Origin: Thermoplasmata archaeon
Lineage (GTDB): Archaea > Thermoplasmatota > SW-10-69-26 > JACQPN01 > JAJPHT01
Length of the DNA stretch: 36,575 bases
Direction: 5' to 3'
NCBI GenBank assembly: GCA_034667685.1
Contig: JAXDQU010000102.1
Span: 1-36,575, forward strand
Shown: positions 1 through 9,288 of the stretch, one piece after another
Numbering within the stretch: the first letter of the stretch is position 1
Layout of the letters: every line of letters begins with the position of its first letter
Program-made: the position numbers and the translations under genes
Notes under the pieces: generated by a model
What the model was told of the DNA's origin: nothing
The model's database searches: none
The model's input: only the letters and a program-made list of their open reading frames with translations

Positions 1-50
1 CCGCACGCGCGCGCCCCGCACGTAAACGCGTGCGCGCGTGCGCGCGCGAG
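1..50. repeat. Partial GC-rich palindrome of CACGCG/CGCGCG-type hexamer units (probably truncated at window edge)
   Basis: cgcacgcgcgc...gcgcgcgtgcg inverted arms built from short alternating repeats; same layout as the other intergenic palindromes. Confidence 0.45.
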
Positions 51-106
51 GGCCGGCCTTGCGAAACCCGGAAGCACCCGCACGTGCGCAGAGGGATGGT
101 GACCTC

Positions 107-217
107 ATGACCCTACGACGTGCCGAACGCGAGGCGATCAAGGCGCAGCGGGAAGCCGAGAAGCGGGCTCCGCCGAACCACGCCGAGAAGCACCACCACA
201 ACCGCGGCGGGTTCTGA
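107..217 (+). CDS. Putative 36-aa small basic protein (MTLRRAEREAIKAQREAEKRAPPNHAEKHHHNRGGF), not in the ORF track
   Basis: ATG 107 to TGA 217; archaeal-type SD GGTGA 4 nt upstream; GC-rich third positions; convergent with and abutting 219..431. Confidence 0.4.
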   Translation: MTLRRAEREAIKAQREAEKRAPPNHAEKHHHNRGGF

Positions 218-218
218 G

Positions 219-431
219 CTACTGCGTCACGGCGATCCGGCTCGTCCTCGACGCGCGTTGGCTCGCCATCGGATCGACCAGCAGCACCGCCTCCGCGTCC
301 GGGCCTTCGTCCGTCATGACGCGCTCCCCGGTGTCGAAGGCGTACCACTCGGCCCCCTCGCAGCAGGCCAGGAAGGCCGCGACGTCGGCGCTGGGCAAGG
401 CGATGCGGAAGATCTCGGTGCGGTTGGTCAA
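219..431 (-). CDS. Hypothetical 70-aa protein
   Basis: TTG start, GC3-rich codons, protein-like composition; no family recognised. Confidence 0.5.
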   Translation of the reverse strand: MTNRTEIFRIALPSADVAAFLACCEGAEWYAFDTGERVMTDEGPDAEAVLLVDPMASQRASRTSRIAVTQ

Positions 432-572
432 AATTCTCTACCCCTGGGCGCCCCCTCGGGGCGTCCGTGCACCAGACGACCCCTGGGGACCGGACATATC
501 TGGTGCCCAATGGGCCAGGGGAAAAACCGAAAGCCCTTATCCGCCGCGCTCCCGGCGCCGGGTTCCCGGCGG

Positions 573-578
573 TTTTAT
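573..578 (+). promoter_or_regulatory. Putative archaeal TATA box (TTTTAT) for the CxxC-x17-CxxC gene
   Basis: AT-rich box in GC-rich context; would place the TSS near 600-605 and give a ~75-nt leader. Confidence 0.4.
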
Positions 579-679
579 CTATCCAGGGAACGCGTTGGAT
601 TCCGGGGACGGACACCCCGACGTCAAGCGTCTCGTCGTTTTCTCGTCCATCGTGCCTTTCCCCAGAAGAGTAGAGAACC

Positions 680-898
680 ATGTACGGGAATCGTGGCCCC
701 AGCGGCCCTCGTGAAATGTTCGACACCGTGTGCAGCGACTGCGGCAAGGCGACCCAGGTCCCCTTCAAGCCGACCGAGGGGCGCCCCGTCTACTGCCGCG
801 ACTGCTTCGCCAAGCACCGCCCGCCCCGGGAGGGCGGCTTCGGTGGCGGGCGCGGCGGTGGCGGCGGCTACGGTGGGGGCGGCGGACGCCGCTTCTAG
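680..898 (+). CDS. CxxC-x17-CxxC domain zinc-ribbon protein with Gly/RGG-rich tail (probable nucleic-acid binder)
   Basis: REMFDTVCSDCGKATQVPFKPTEGRPVYCRDCF is the family signature. Confidence 0.92.
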   Translation: MYGNRGPSGPREMFDTVCSDCGKATQVPFKPTEGRPVYCRDCFAKHRPPREGGFGGGRGGGGGYGGGGGRRF

Positions 899-911
899 GC
901 CCAGATAGACG

Positions 912-946
912 AGGGCGCGCAGCGCCCTTTTCGAACCTTTTCGTTT
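912..946 (+). terminator. Hairpin plus T-tract terminator
   Basis: AGGGCGC-gca-GCGCCCT followed by several T-runs, just after the stop at 898. Confidence 0.6.
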
Positions 947-978
947 CACCCGTTTTCTCCTCCTGCGCGGGGCCGAGC

Positions 979-983
979 TTAAG
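979..983 (+). promoter_or_regulatory. Putative TATA box (TTAAG) of a leaderless or short-leader transcript
   Basis: About 30 nt upstream of ATG 1011; no SD. Confidence 0.4.
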
Positions 984-1010
984 GCAAGGACGGCGTATCG
1001 CCCGCGCGTC

Positions 1011-1394
1011 ATGAGCGCCAAGCCGAGCCAGCCCGAGGCGCCCGAGTTCATCCTGAAGCTCGAGACCAAGGAGGTCGAGATGGCGATGCTGCCCGGACCG
1101 GGCGTCTACGCCTTCGGCGCCGTGCGCCCCATGGGCCGCATCCGCGCCTACACCAGCGCGGGCCTCACGCCCTTCGCGGGCCGCGGCGCGCCCAGCGAGT
1201 TCCTCCTCCTGGGGCACGTGCACGTCGACGCCAACGGGCTCGTCTCCAAGGTCGAGGGGTTCAACGGCCAGGAGGGGGAGGCGTGGGCCAAGGCCGCGAA
1301 GGACAAGCTCGCCGCCGAGAACAAGCTCGCGCCCGGCGCCGTCGTCCAGCCCATGGCCCCGCTGCGGGGCTGCGCGTACACCGGCATCCGCTGA
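1011..1394 (+). CDS. Hypothetical 127-aa cytoplasmic protein
   Basis: Strong GC3 codon bias, globular composition, upstream TATA-like box. Confidence 0.8.
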   Translation: MSAKPSQPEAPEFILKLETKEVEMAMLPGPGVYAFGAVRPMGRIRAYTSAGLTPFAGRGAPSEFLLLGHVHVDANGLVSKVEGFNGQEGEAWAKAAKDKLAAENKLAPGAVVQPMAPLRGCAYTGIR

Positions 1395-1451
1395 GGCGCG
1401 CAGGATCGAGCCTGCCCACGTTGATGGCATGGCAAGCGTAGACCGGCGCGC

Positions 1452-1721
1452 ATGATCCGCGCCCTGAACCTCGCCCTCGTGGCGTGCCTGCTGATGACCT
1501 TCGCGCCCGTTGCCTCCGCCGCGCTGGAGGACCCGCCCCGCTGCAGCGGCAACCCCGGCGACCCCGCGCACGACGCGTGCCAGACCGCCGAGGAGCGCGC
1601 GTGGCCCTTCGTCGTCCTGGCGTTCGAGAACGTCATCTTCCCGGTCTACGACGCGGGCTACTGCGCGCTCAACGGCGTGGCGCCGAGCATCTTCACCGCG
1701 GGGTGCCCGCCGGGCCACTGA
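1452..1721 (+). CDS. Small secreted protein with 4 Cys
   Basis: Signal peptide MIRALNLALVACLLMTFAPVASA; mature part has four Cys. Confidence 0.75.
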   Translation: MIRALNLALVACLLMTFAPVASAALEDPPRCSGNPGDPAHDACQTAEERAWPFVVLAFENVIFPVYDAGYCALNGVAPSIFTAGCPPGH

Positions 1722-1722
1722 G

Positions 1723-2352
1723 TCAGTGGCCGTGGAAGAGCCGCTTGTGCATCCACTGCATGAGCCGGTCCATGTCCTTCATCGTGGGCTTGTCGAGCCC
1801 CCGCGGGTTCGCCTCCATGACGCTGTTCGCCCAGTCCTCCAGCGCGAAGGGCGGGTGGAGCAGCACGTCGTGGCGGAAGAACTGCGACATGCCCGCGCTG
1901 GGCCGGTTGAGATCCTTCGTCAGCTCGCGGCGCGCCTTGTCGACCGCGCGGGGCGAGAGGTCGGGCCGCGCCTTCGCGAAGCCGCCCAGGCAGCCGGGCG
2001 TCGCGTGCACGGGCAGGTTCGAGACGAACGCCGCGTATGCGACCGCGCCCTGCTCGAAGCGATCGCGGAAGAGCGGCTCGACGGGCTTGCCGCATGTCGC
2101 GCACAGGTCGCCCGTGGAATGATAGCCTGGCGTCCACTCGCCGAAGTGCTCGACCTTGCGCTGGATCTCCGGCGCGGCCTTCTTCTCCTCCTCGGTCAGC
2201 TCGCCCCAGCGGCGCGTGAGCGCCAGGCACTCCGCCAGCGCCGGGTTCGTGGCGCGCAACGCTTCCACGGTCGCGTCGCTCGCCTCGGCGCCCTGGAAGC
2301 GGAGCGTGCCGTGGTCGTGCTCGTCGTGATCGTCTTCGTGCTCGTCCGCCAT
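1723..2352 (-). CDS. Hypothetical 209-aa protein with His/acidic N-terminus and possible Zn site (CATC...H-x4-C)
   Basis: Start moved to MADEHEDDHDEHDHG; good codon bias; the upstream part of the ORF overlaps another gene. Confidence 0.75.
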   Translation of the reverse strand: MADEHEDDHDEHDHGTLRFQGAEASDATVEALRATNPALAECLALTRRWGELTEEEKKAAPEIQRKVEHFGEWTPGYHSTGDLCATCGKPVEPLFRDRFEQGAVAYAAFVSNLPVHATPGCLGGFAKARPDLSPRAVDKARRELTKDLNRPSAGMSQFFRHDVLLHPPFALEDWANSVMEANPRGLDKPTMKDMDRLMQWMHKRLFHGH

Positions 2353-2378
2353 GCGCGGCGCATCGCGCGATCCGCGTT

Positions 2379-2666
2379 TCAGCGTTCGGGGTCGGGCGAG
2401 CCCACCAGCGTGTGCTCCTCGACCACGTCGCCCTCCGGGTCGACGATCGTCTCCTCCACGATCTCCGCGTCGTTGTAGGTGGTCTCGGCGGCGACGACGG
2501 CCTCCTCCCACGCGGCCTCGTCGCTCATGCCGCGCGTCTTCGCCTCGGTGAGCACGTCGAGGAAGCGCGCCTTGGCCTCGATGGAGAGCGACTCCATGAA
2601 GGCGTTGCGCTGCATGAGCAGCATCTCTTCGGGCGTGTCGGGGGCGCCTGGACCCGGTTCGATCAT
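2379..2666 (-). CDS. Hypothetical acidic 95-aa protein
   Basis: MIEPGPGAPDTPEE...; ATGA overlap with the HxlR stop indicates translational coupling. Confidence 0.75.
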   Translation of the reverse strand: MIEPGPGAPDTPEEMLLMQRNAFMESLSIEAKARFLDVLTEAKTRGMSDEAAWEEAVVAAETTYNDAEIVEETIVDPEGDVVEEHTLVGSPDPER

Positions 2667-3013
2667 GCGTCCCGGTCGGAGGCCGGAGGCACGCTCCTTC
2701 TGGCGGCATCCTCGATGGCGGCCTCGCCGTGCCGGGCGCCGTAACGCAGGAGCGCGAGCAGGATGAACGCGGCGTCCTCGCCGCGGGGCGTGAGCGCGTA
2801 GCGGGCCGCGGGTCCGGCGCCGTCCTTCCTCAGGATCCCGTGCTCGCACATCTCGGCGAGGCGACGCGAGAGGACGCGCGGCGTCAGGCCCGGGTTGCTG
2901 CGCTGGATGTCGCTGAAGCGCGTCAGCCCCGCGAAGGCCACGTCCTGGAGGATGGCGAGCGCCCACTTGTGGCCGAAGACGCCGAACTCCGGCTTGGCGA
3001 CCTTCTCCGACAC
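2663..3013 (-). CDS. HxlR-family winged-helix transcriptional regulator
   Basis: GHKWALAIL...TRFSDIQRSNPGLTPRVLSRRLAEM...YALTPRG pattern; GTG 3013 preferred, ATG 3055 is the alternative. Confidence 0.88.
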   Translation of the reverse strand: MSEKVAKPEFGVFGHKWALAILQDVAFAGLTRFSDIQRSNPGLTPRVLSRRLAEMCEHGILRKDGAGPAARYALTPRGEDAAFILLALLRYGARHGEAAIEDAARRSVPPASDRDA

Positions 3014-3075
3014 TATCCGCGCAGACCCTGCGCGCTTTATGGGTTTTCGGGGCATCTCGTCCGAAAGGTGCGACG

Positions 3076-3465
3076 ATGACGCGACCCACCACCACGCCCG
3101 AGCGGCCCATCCACGGGCTCGGCCACACGGAGCTTGCGAGCACGGACCCTGCGGCCACGCGGAAGTTCCTCGAAGCCACGTTCGGCTGGAGCTTCGAGAC
3201 GATGAAGGGGCCCGGGGGCGACTATCATGCGTTCCAGAGCCCGGGCGGTGGGCGCGGCGGCATCCGGCCCACGCAAGCGCACGAGCCGCCGGGCAGCATG
3301 AGCTACGTCACGGTCGAGGACGTCGACGCGGCGCTGGAGAAGGTGAAGCGCGGCGGCGGGGAGATCGTGCTTCCGCGCACGACGATCCCCGGCATGGGGA
3401 CGTTCTTCTGGTTCAAGGTGCCCGGCGGCCCGATCCTCGCCGCCTGGAAGAGCGAGACGCGGTAG
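3076..3465 (+). CDS. VOC/glyoxalase-bleomycin resistance family protein
   Basis: HTELASTDPAATRKFLEATFGWSF...YVTVEDVDAALEKVKRGGGEIV...IPGMG. Confidence 0.9.
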   Translation: MTRPTTTPERPIHGLGHTELASTDPAATRKFLEATFGWSFETMKGPGGDYHAFQSPGGGRGGIRPTQAHEPPGSMSYVTVEDVDAALEKVKRGGGEIVLPRTTIPGMGTFFWFKVPGGPILAAWKSETR

Positions 3466-3900
3466 GTGGTCGGCATCCCCGTCCTCCGCATGAGCCAGGT
3501 GATCCGCCGCCCCGTGAAGGACGTCTTCGAGGCGGTGATCCACGTCGAGCGGTTCCCCGAGTGGAATCCGCGCAACCCCAGCGCGCGCAGGCTCAGCGAG
3601 GGGGCCATCGCGCAGGGCGCGAGCTTCGAGCTGGAGATCAAGGGGTTCGGCAAGGTGCGCCAGACGCTGGAGGAGTTCGAGCGCGACGCGCGCGTGCGCA
3701 TCGTCCCGCACATGCGCGCGCTCGAAGGCGGCCACCGGTTCGTCTTCACCGCGCAAGGAGGCCAGACGCGGATCGACCACGAGCTCGAGATGCGCCCCCA
3801 GGGCGCCTTCCGCCTCATGACGCCGATGATGTGGCTGGTCGGCAAGAAGAACCTCCGCGAGACGGCGCGTCACCTCCAGCGCCACCTCGAAGGGCCCTGA
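3466..3900 (+). CDS. SRPBCC (START/polyketide cyclase-like) family protein
   Basis: IRRPVKDVFE...FPEWNP...TRIDHELEM and C-terminal helix; GTG directly after the VOC stop. Confidence 0.85.
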   Translation: MVGIPVLRMSQVIRRPVKDVFEAVIHVERFPEWNPRNPSARRLSEGAIAQGASFELEIKGFGKVRQTLEEFERDARVRIVPHMRALEGGHRFVFTAQGGQTRIDHELEMRPQGAFRLMTPMMWLVGKKNLRETARHLQRHLEGP

Positions 3901-3942
3901 GCCACCGCACGCTTCAAGAGGCCCACCCACGCTCGCGTCCCG

Positions 3943-5484
<1,542 letters not shown>

Positions 5485-5602
5485 CGGAGCCGCGCTGGAC
5501 GACCTCCGTTCGTCCGCGCCCCGACGAGCGCCCTGACGAGCTGCTGCTCGTCGTGGGCGCCTCGAACGCCTGGGACCTGGTCACGGCGTTCGCGGCCGAG
5601 CC

Positions 5603-5965
5603 TCAGTAGCGCACGTGCGCGATCTGGTTCACGTGCTCCAGCGCGTCCTCGACGGGCCCAGGCAGGATGATCGCGTAGGGCTGCGGCGCGCAGCTCGGGT
5701 CCCAGGTGTGCGACGTGGGGTCGCACTCGCCCGGCTGGCACTGCGGGTCGCTGGTGCTGCAGACGGGCGTGCAGTACGGATCGGTGTCGGCGTCGCAGTA
5801 CGACTGGCACGGCCGGGGCGTGTACGTGCAGTGCGTGTCGCAGTTCGGATCGCTGCTCGGACTGCAGACGCCCGAGCTGTAGGCGGCGGCGGTGCCGGCG
5901 GCATGGAACGAGAGTCCGGCGGCCAGGAGGAGGGATGCAGCGACGATCAGGGGAAGCCTTCGCAT
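5603..5965 (-). CDS. Secreted Cys-rich protein (10 Cys, four DP-x-C motifs)
   Basis: Signal peptide MRRLPLIVAASLLLAAG...AAA; CSPSSDPNC / CDADTDPYC / CSTSDPQC / CDPTSHTWDPSC. Confidence 0.75.
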   Translation of the reverse strand: MRRLPLIVAASLLLAAGLSFHAAGTAAAYSSGVCSPSSDPNCDTHCTYTPRPCQSYCDADTDPYCTPVCSTSDPQCQPGECDPTSHTWDPSCAPQPYAIILPGPVEDALEHVNQIAHVRY

Positions 5966-6200
5966 GGTGGGGGTCACCATGCAGGCCATGCGGCGAGGAG
6001 GTCATGGACGCATGTTCGCGGCGACGTTCCGCACGCAACGCGCGCTCTGCCTCGGCGTCGCTCGTCGTTGCGCCGCAGCAGCGCGAGGTTGCTATCACCC
6101 TGCGCGTGGGCGTGAGCCTTCCCTGAGGCGTCACGATTCGACGATTCCGTTTCCAGCGCCATCCAACAAGGCGATGCCACGCCCCGCGCAACCTTGGGTC

Positions 6201-6578
6201 ATGCGCCACACACGCATCCTCGGAATCGCCCTCGTGACCTTCCTCGCCTTCGCGGGCGGCGCGCTCGCGCTCGGCGTCACCCTGAACGCCAGCCACGGCG
6301 CCGACGTGAGCGGCCACGCCGTCTCCGGCCAGCACGCGGCCTCCGTCTCGGAGAAGGGCGTGGACGCGGTGACCGGTCTCGACGCGGGCGTCGCCAAGCT
6401 CGACGGCGCGGCCAGCGCGACGCTGCCGACGCTGCCCGACGCGCCCAGCCTGCCCACGCTCCCCAACGTGCCCTCCGTCTCGGGCGGCGCCACCGCGTCG
6501 GGCTCCGGCTCGGCCAGCGTGCCGGACGTCGGCGCGGCGGCCGTGGGCGGCGGCGATGCGGCCGTCAAGCTCGGCTGA
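6201..6578 (+). CDS. Secreted low-complexity Ala/Gly/Ser/Pro-rich protein
   Basis: Signal peptide MRHTRILGIALVTFLAFAGGALA; LPTLP repeats; T-tract after the stop. Confidence 0.75.
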   Translation: MRHTRILGIALVTFLAFAGGALALGVTLNASHGADVSGHAVSGQHAASVSEKGVDAVTGLDAGVAKLDGAASATLPTLPDAPSLPTLPNVPSVSGGATASGSGSASVPDVGAAAVGGGDAAVKLG

Positions 6579-6598
6579 GCCGTCGTGCTATCTTTTTC

Positions 6599-8284
6599 TT
6601 ACGCCCACGGCGCGGGCGCGGCGTCCGCGTAGTGGCGCGCGTCCTCGGGCACGAGCGGCACGTCGAGCCACGACGCGCCCGGCCCGAGGCTCATCGTCCA
6701 CATCGTCCTGTACGGCGAGCGGACCACGTAGTCGTCGGTGGACTTCACGACGAGCACGAGCGCGTGCCCGGCCGCGAGCCGCCAGTCGATCGGGTGCAGG
6801 TCGAAGGCGAAGACGTAGTCCGTGCCCGCGACCAGGTCCGCGCCGTGGTCCAGCGAGTCGCGGTGGCGCGCGTCGAGGAAGCCGCGCGAGACCGTCGTGC
6901 GCGTCCCGTCAGGCGCCTGGTCGTACAGCTTGATATCGATCTGCCCGCCAGGGAGGTTGCCGTTGGCCTTCAGGTGGATCGTCGGCGTGCCCGCGACGTG
7001 CATCGGCGCCGCGAGCGCCGGCGTGGCGAACGTCACGTGGTCGACGCCCTCGGTCTTCGCGTCCTCCTGGCCCGTGCCGGCGTCGGCCCACGAGACGGTG
7101 CCGGCCTGCGGCGTGGCGTTGGCGAGCTTGCCGCCCGGCGCGAGGAAGAGCCGTTGCGGCGCCGCGTCGATCGGAGGCCAGTCGGGCTCCGCGCGGAACT
7201 TGCCCATGTTGTCCTCGATGATCACCAGCGGCAGCGCGAGCGCGCCGTTGTCGCGGCCCAGGAGCCAGTAGTCGAGCCAGCGGTGGACGTACTCGTGGTA
7301 CGCCTTCTTCGTGCCGGGCACGCCGTGGCCGTGCTGCTCCAGCCAGATGCGCTTCTCGGGGCTGCTGGTGAGGTTGGCCCACAGGAGCGGGAAGCCCGTC
7401 GTCGCGACGTTGCCGTCCTCCCAGCCCTGCGCGTAGAGCACGGGCACGGTGATGTTCTGCGCCTTGGCGTGGTGGTCGCGCGCGTGCCAGTAGGCGTCGT
7501 AGTCGTCCTGCGCGTCGTCCTCCTGCGCGTACTGCGCGCTGCACTGCGCGTCCTGCGCGCCCCCGGGCGTGCCGCCGCGGACGGGAGGCTGCGCGCCGAT
7601 GACGCCCCAGAGGAGCGGGTCCGTGTCGCTGCTGCCCGGGAACGGATCGCCGTTGCGCCGGTGCGCGCCCAGCTCGAAGTAGTAGCGGTACCACTCGGTG
7701 ACGGCGCTGATCGGGACGATGGTGGCCAGGTGCGGCGGCTGCCAGACCGCGGTCTCCAGCGGCGTCGTGCCGTCGTAGCTCGTGCCGATCATGGCGACCT
7801 TGCCGTTGCTCCACGTCTGGTTGGCCAGCCACTCGACGAGCGCGTAGCCGTCCTGCCCTTCGACCGGGTCGCCGATGGTCAGGCAGCCGCCGCTCTCGCC
7901 CGTGCCGCGCACGTGCGCGACCGCGACCGCGTATCCGTACGCGACGTACTCGGGCGCGTAGCCGTCGCCGAAGGGCAGCCCCTCATCGGCCTGGAGGCCC
8001 GAGGCGTCCTCGCCCAGGAGCGCGTAGGGCGTGAGCGTCAGCATGACGGGGAACTTGCCCTCGCCGTCGGGAAGCTGCACGTCCACGTGGAGCGGCGTGC
8101 CGTCCTTCGACGCGACGGTCGTCGAGATGAACTTGCCCAGCTTGTGCGTGGCCGTCGTGAGCGGCGCCTTGCCCGAGCCGGGGAGCGGGGCGCTCTGCGG
8201 GGACGAGGGGGCCGCGGAGAGGCAGCCGGCGAGCGCGGGGAGCGCCAGGACGAGGACGAGCGCGGCAGCCAGGCCACGATGCAT
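6599..8284 (-). CDS. CocE/NonD family (peptidase S15, Xaa-Pro dipeptidyl-peptidase-like) hydrolase, lipoprotein
   Basis: Lipobox LAGC; VRGTGESGG; WSNGKVAMIGTSYDG nucleophile elbow; GWEDGNV and HGH catalytic Asp/His; PepX C-terminal domain. Confidence 0.92.
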   Translation of the reverse strand: MHRGLAAALVLVLALPALAGCLSAAPSSPQSAPLPGSGKAPLTTATHKLGKFISTTVASKDGTPLHVDVQLPDGEGKFPVMLTLTPYALLGEDASGLQADEGLPFGDGYAPEYVAYGYAVAVAHVRGTGESGGCLTIGDPVEGQDGYALVEWLANQTWSNGKVAMIGTSYDGTTPLETAVWQPPHLATIVPISAVTEWYRYYFELGAHRRNGDPFPGSSDTDPLLWGVIGAQPPVRGGTPGGAQDAQCSAQYAQEDDAQDDYDAYWHARDHHAKAQNITVPVLYAQGWEDGNVATTGFPLLWANLTSSPEKRIWLEQHGHGVPGTKKAYHEYVHRWLDYWLLGRDNGALALPLVIIEDNMGKFRAEPDWPPIDAAPQRLFLAPGGKLANATPQAGTVSWADAGTGQEDAKTEGVDHVTFATPALAAPMHVAGTPTIHLKANGNLPGGQIDIKLYDQAPDGTRTTVSRGFLDARHRDSLDHGADLVAGTDYVFAFDLHPIDWRLAAGHALVLVVKSTDDYVVRSPYRTMWTMSLGPGASWLDVPLVPEDARHYADAAPAPWA

Positions 8285-8308
8285 GGGCGGGGAGCCCGGC
8301 CGGGGCTC

Positions 8309-9133
8309 CTAACCTTTGTTGCGCGGTCCCGCCGCATGCCAGAAGTAGCCGCCGGCGGCCTCGACCTTGCGCACGGAGCCCTCGCGCTCCAGCGAAAGGA
8401 GGCGGTCGGTCGCCACGTCCTCCAGCTCGTCGAGGACCTCGGCGATCTCCGCGGTCGCGAGGCCCGGGTTGCGGCGGATCAGGTCGAGCGCATCGGGCGG
8501 CGGCGTCTCCACGAAGCGCGCGCCGGCGGCGCGGGCGAGCGCGGCCTCGAACGCCTCGGTGGGCTGGAAGCCGCCCACGCCGATCTCGGTGCCCTGCGCG
8601 TTGCGGAACGTGACGGTGGGGAAGCCGGTGACGCCGCGCACGCGCGCCTCGGCCTGGTCGGCGTAGAACTCGCGCGTCGCCTCCTCGGTCTCGATGGCCT
8701 CGCGCAGCGCGGCGCTCTCCAGGCCGACCTCGGCGGCGAGCTTCTCCTGGACGGCGAGCTCCTCGATGTCGAGCCCCTCGACGAGCGCGGCGTAGCGCAG
8801 CCGCCGCAGGTAGGGCGCCGCGAGGTCGGGCGTGACGAGCGCGGCCGCCTTCGCGGCGATCCCCGCGCGGTTCGTGGTGCCGCTGTTCTTCTTGAGCACG
8901 ACCTCCGGGTCGAGCGGCATCCCGCTCTGGCGGCGCGCCGCGGCGAACATGCGCGCGATCTCCTCGCGCGGGAAGTCGCGCGGCACGGGCGTCTCCAGGA
9001 TCGCGCCCAGGCGCACCTGGAACTGCACCGCGGCGCCGTGCCGTTCGCGCAGCCGCCGGAGCTGCGGCTCGATCGCCCAGCACCACACGCTCCAAGGATC
9101 GGTGTAGTGCGTGACGACGACGGGCGGGGTCAT
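8309..9133 (-). CDS. DsbA/FrnE-like (YjbH-type) thioredoxin-fold protein with SxxC motif and C-terminal winged helix
   Basis: YTDPWSVWCWAIEP, GVTGFPT cis-Pro loop; C-terminal LATAEIAEVL...LLSLEREGSV...YFW. Confidence 0.85.
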   Translation of the reverse strand: MTPPVVVTHYTDPWSVWCWAIEPQLRRLRERHGAAVQFQVRLGAILETPVPRDFPREEIARMFAAARRQSGMPLDPEVVLKKNSGTTNRAGIAAKAAALVTPDLAAPYLRRLRYAALVEGLDIEELAVQEKLAAEVGLESAALREAIETEEATREFYADQAEARVRGVTGFPTVTFRNAQGTEIGVGGFQPTEAFEAALARAAGARFVETPPPDALDLIRRNPGLATAEIAEVLDELEDVATDRLLSLEREGSVRKVEAAGGYFWHAAGPRNKG

Positions 9134-9167
9134 CGCGGCGGCACGCGACCGGGGTGGGAAATCGGTT

Positions 9168-9245
9168 GCGGCACCCGCTTCCGCTTCCGATTCCTCTTCC
9201 GCTTCCGGAAGCGGAAGAGGAATCGGAAGCGGAAGGGGGTGCCGC
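9168..9245. repeat. Loop-less 39-bp palindrome (1 mismatch) built from (G/T)CTTCC-type hexamers
   Basis: gcggcacccgcttccgcttccgattcctcttccgcttcc | ggaagcggaagaggaatcggaagcggaagggggtgccgc; centre 9206/9207. Confidence 0.92.
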
Positions 9246-9288
9246 CGTCATCCATACGCTCAAGCGCCCGCCCCAGGATGGCGCCCGC

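Noticed and set aside
432-600. tRNA or other known ncRNA in the first large intergenic gap
   Set aside because: No cloverleaf, T-loop (GTTCRA) or recognisable SRP/RNase P motif; only short GC hairpins.
5485-5609. Possible small ORF or fragment after pccB (PDELLLVVGASNAWDLVTAFAAEPQ), considered as a carboxylase epsilon subunit
   Set aside because: No usable start codon or SD, and no resemblance to epsilon subunit motifs.
6004-6126. 40-aa ORF after GAGGAGGT SD-like sequence
   Set aside because: Poor codon bias and non-protein-like composition; it lies in a divergent promoter region.
9154-9288. N-terminal extension of the cystathionine enzyme (HPLPLPIPLPLPEAEEESEAE)
   Set aside because: It is just the translation of the hexamer palindrome; the real start is probably ATG 9289.
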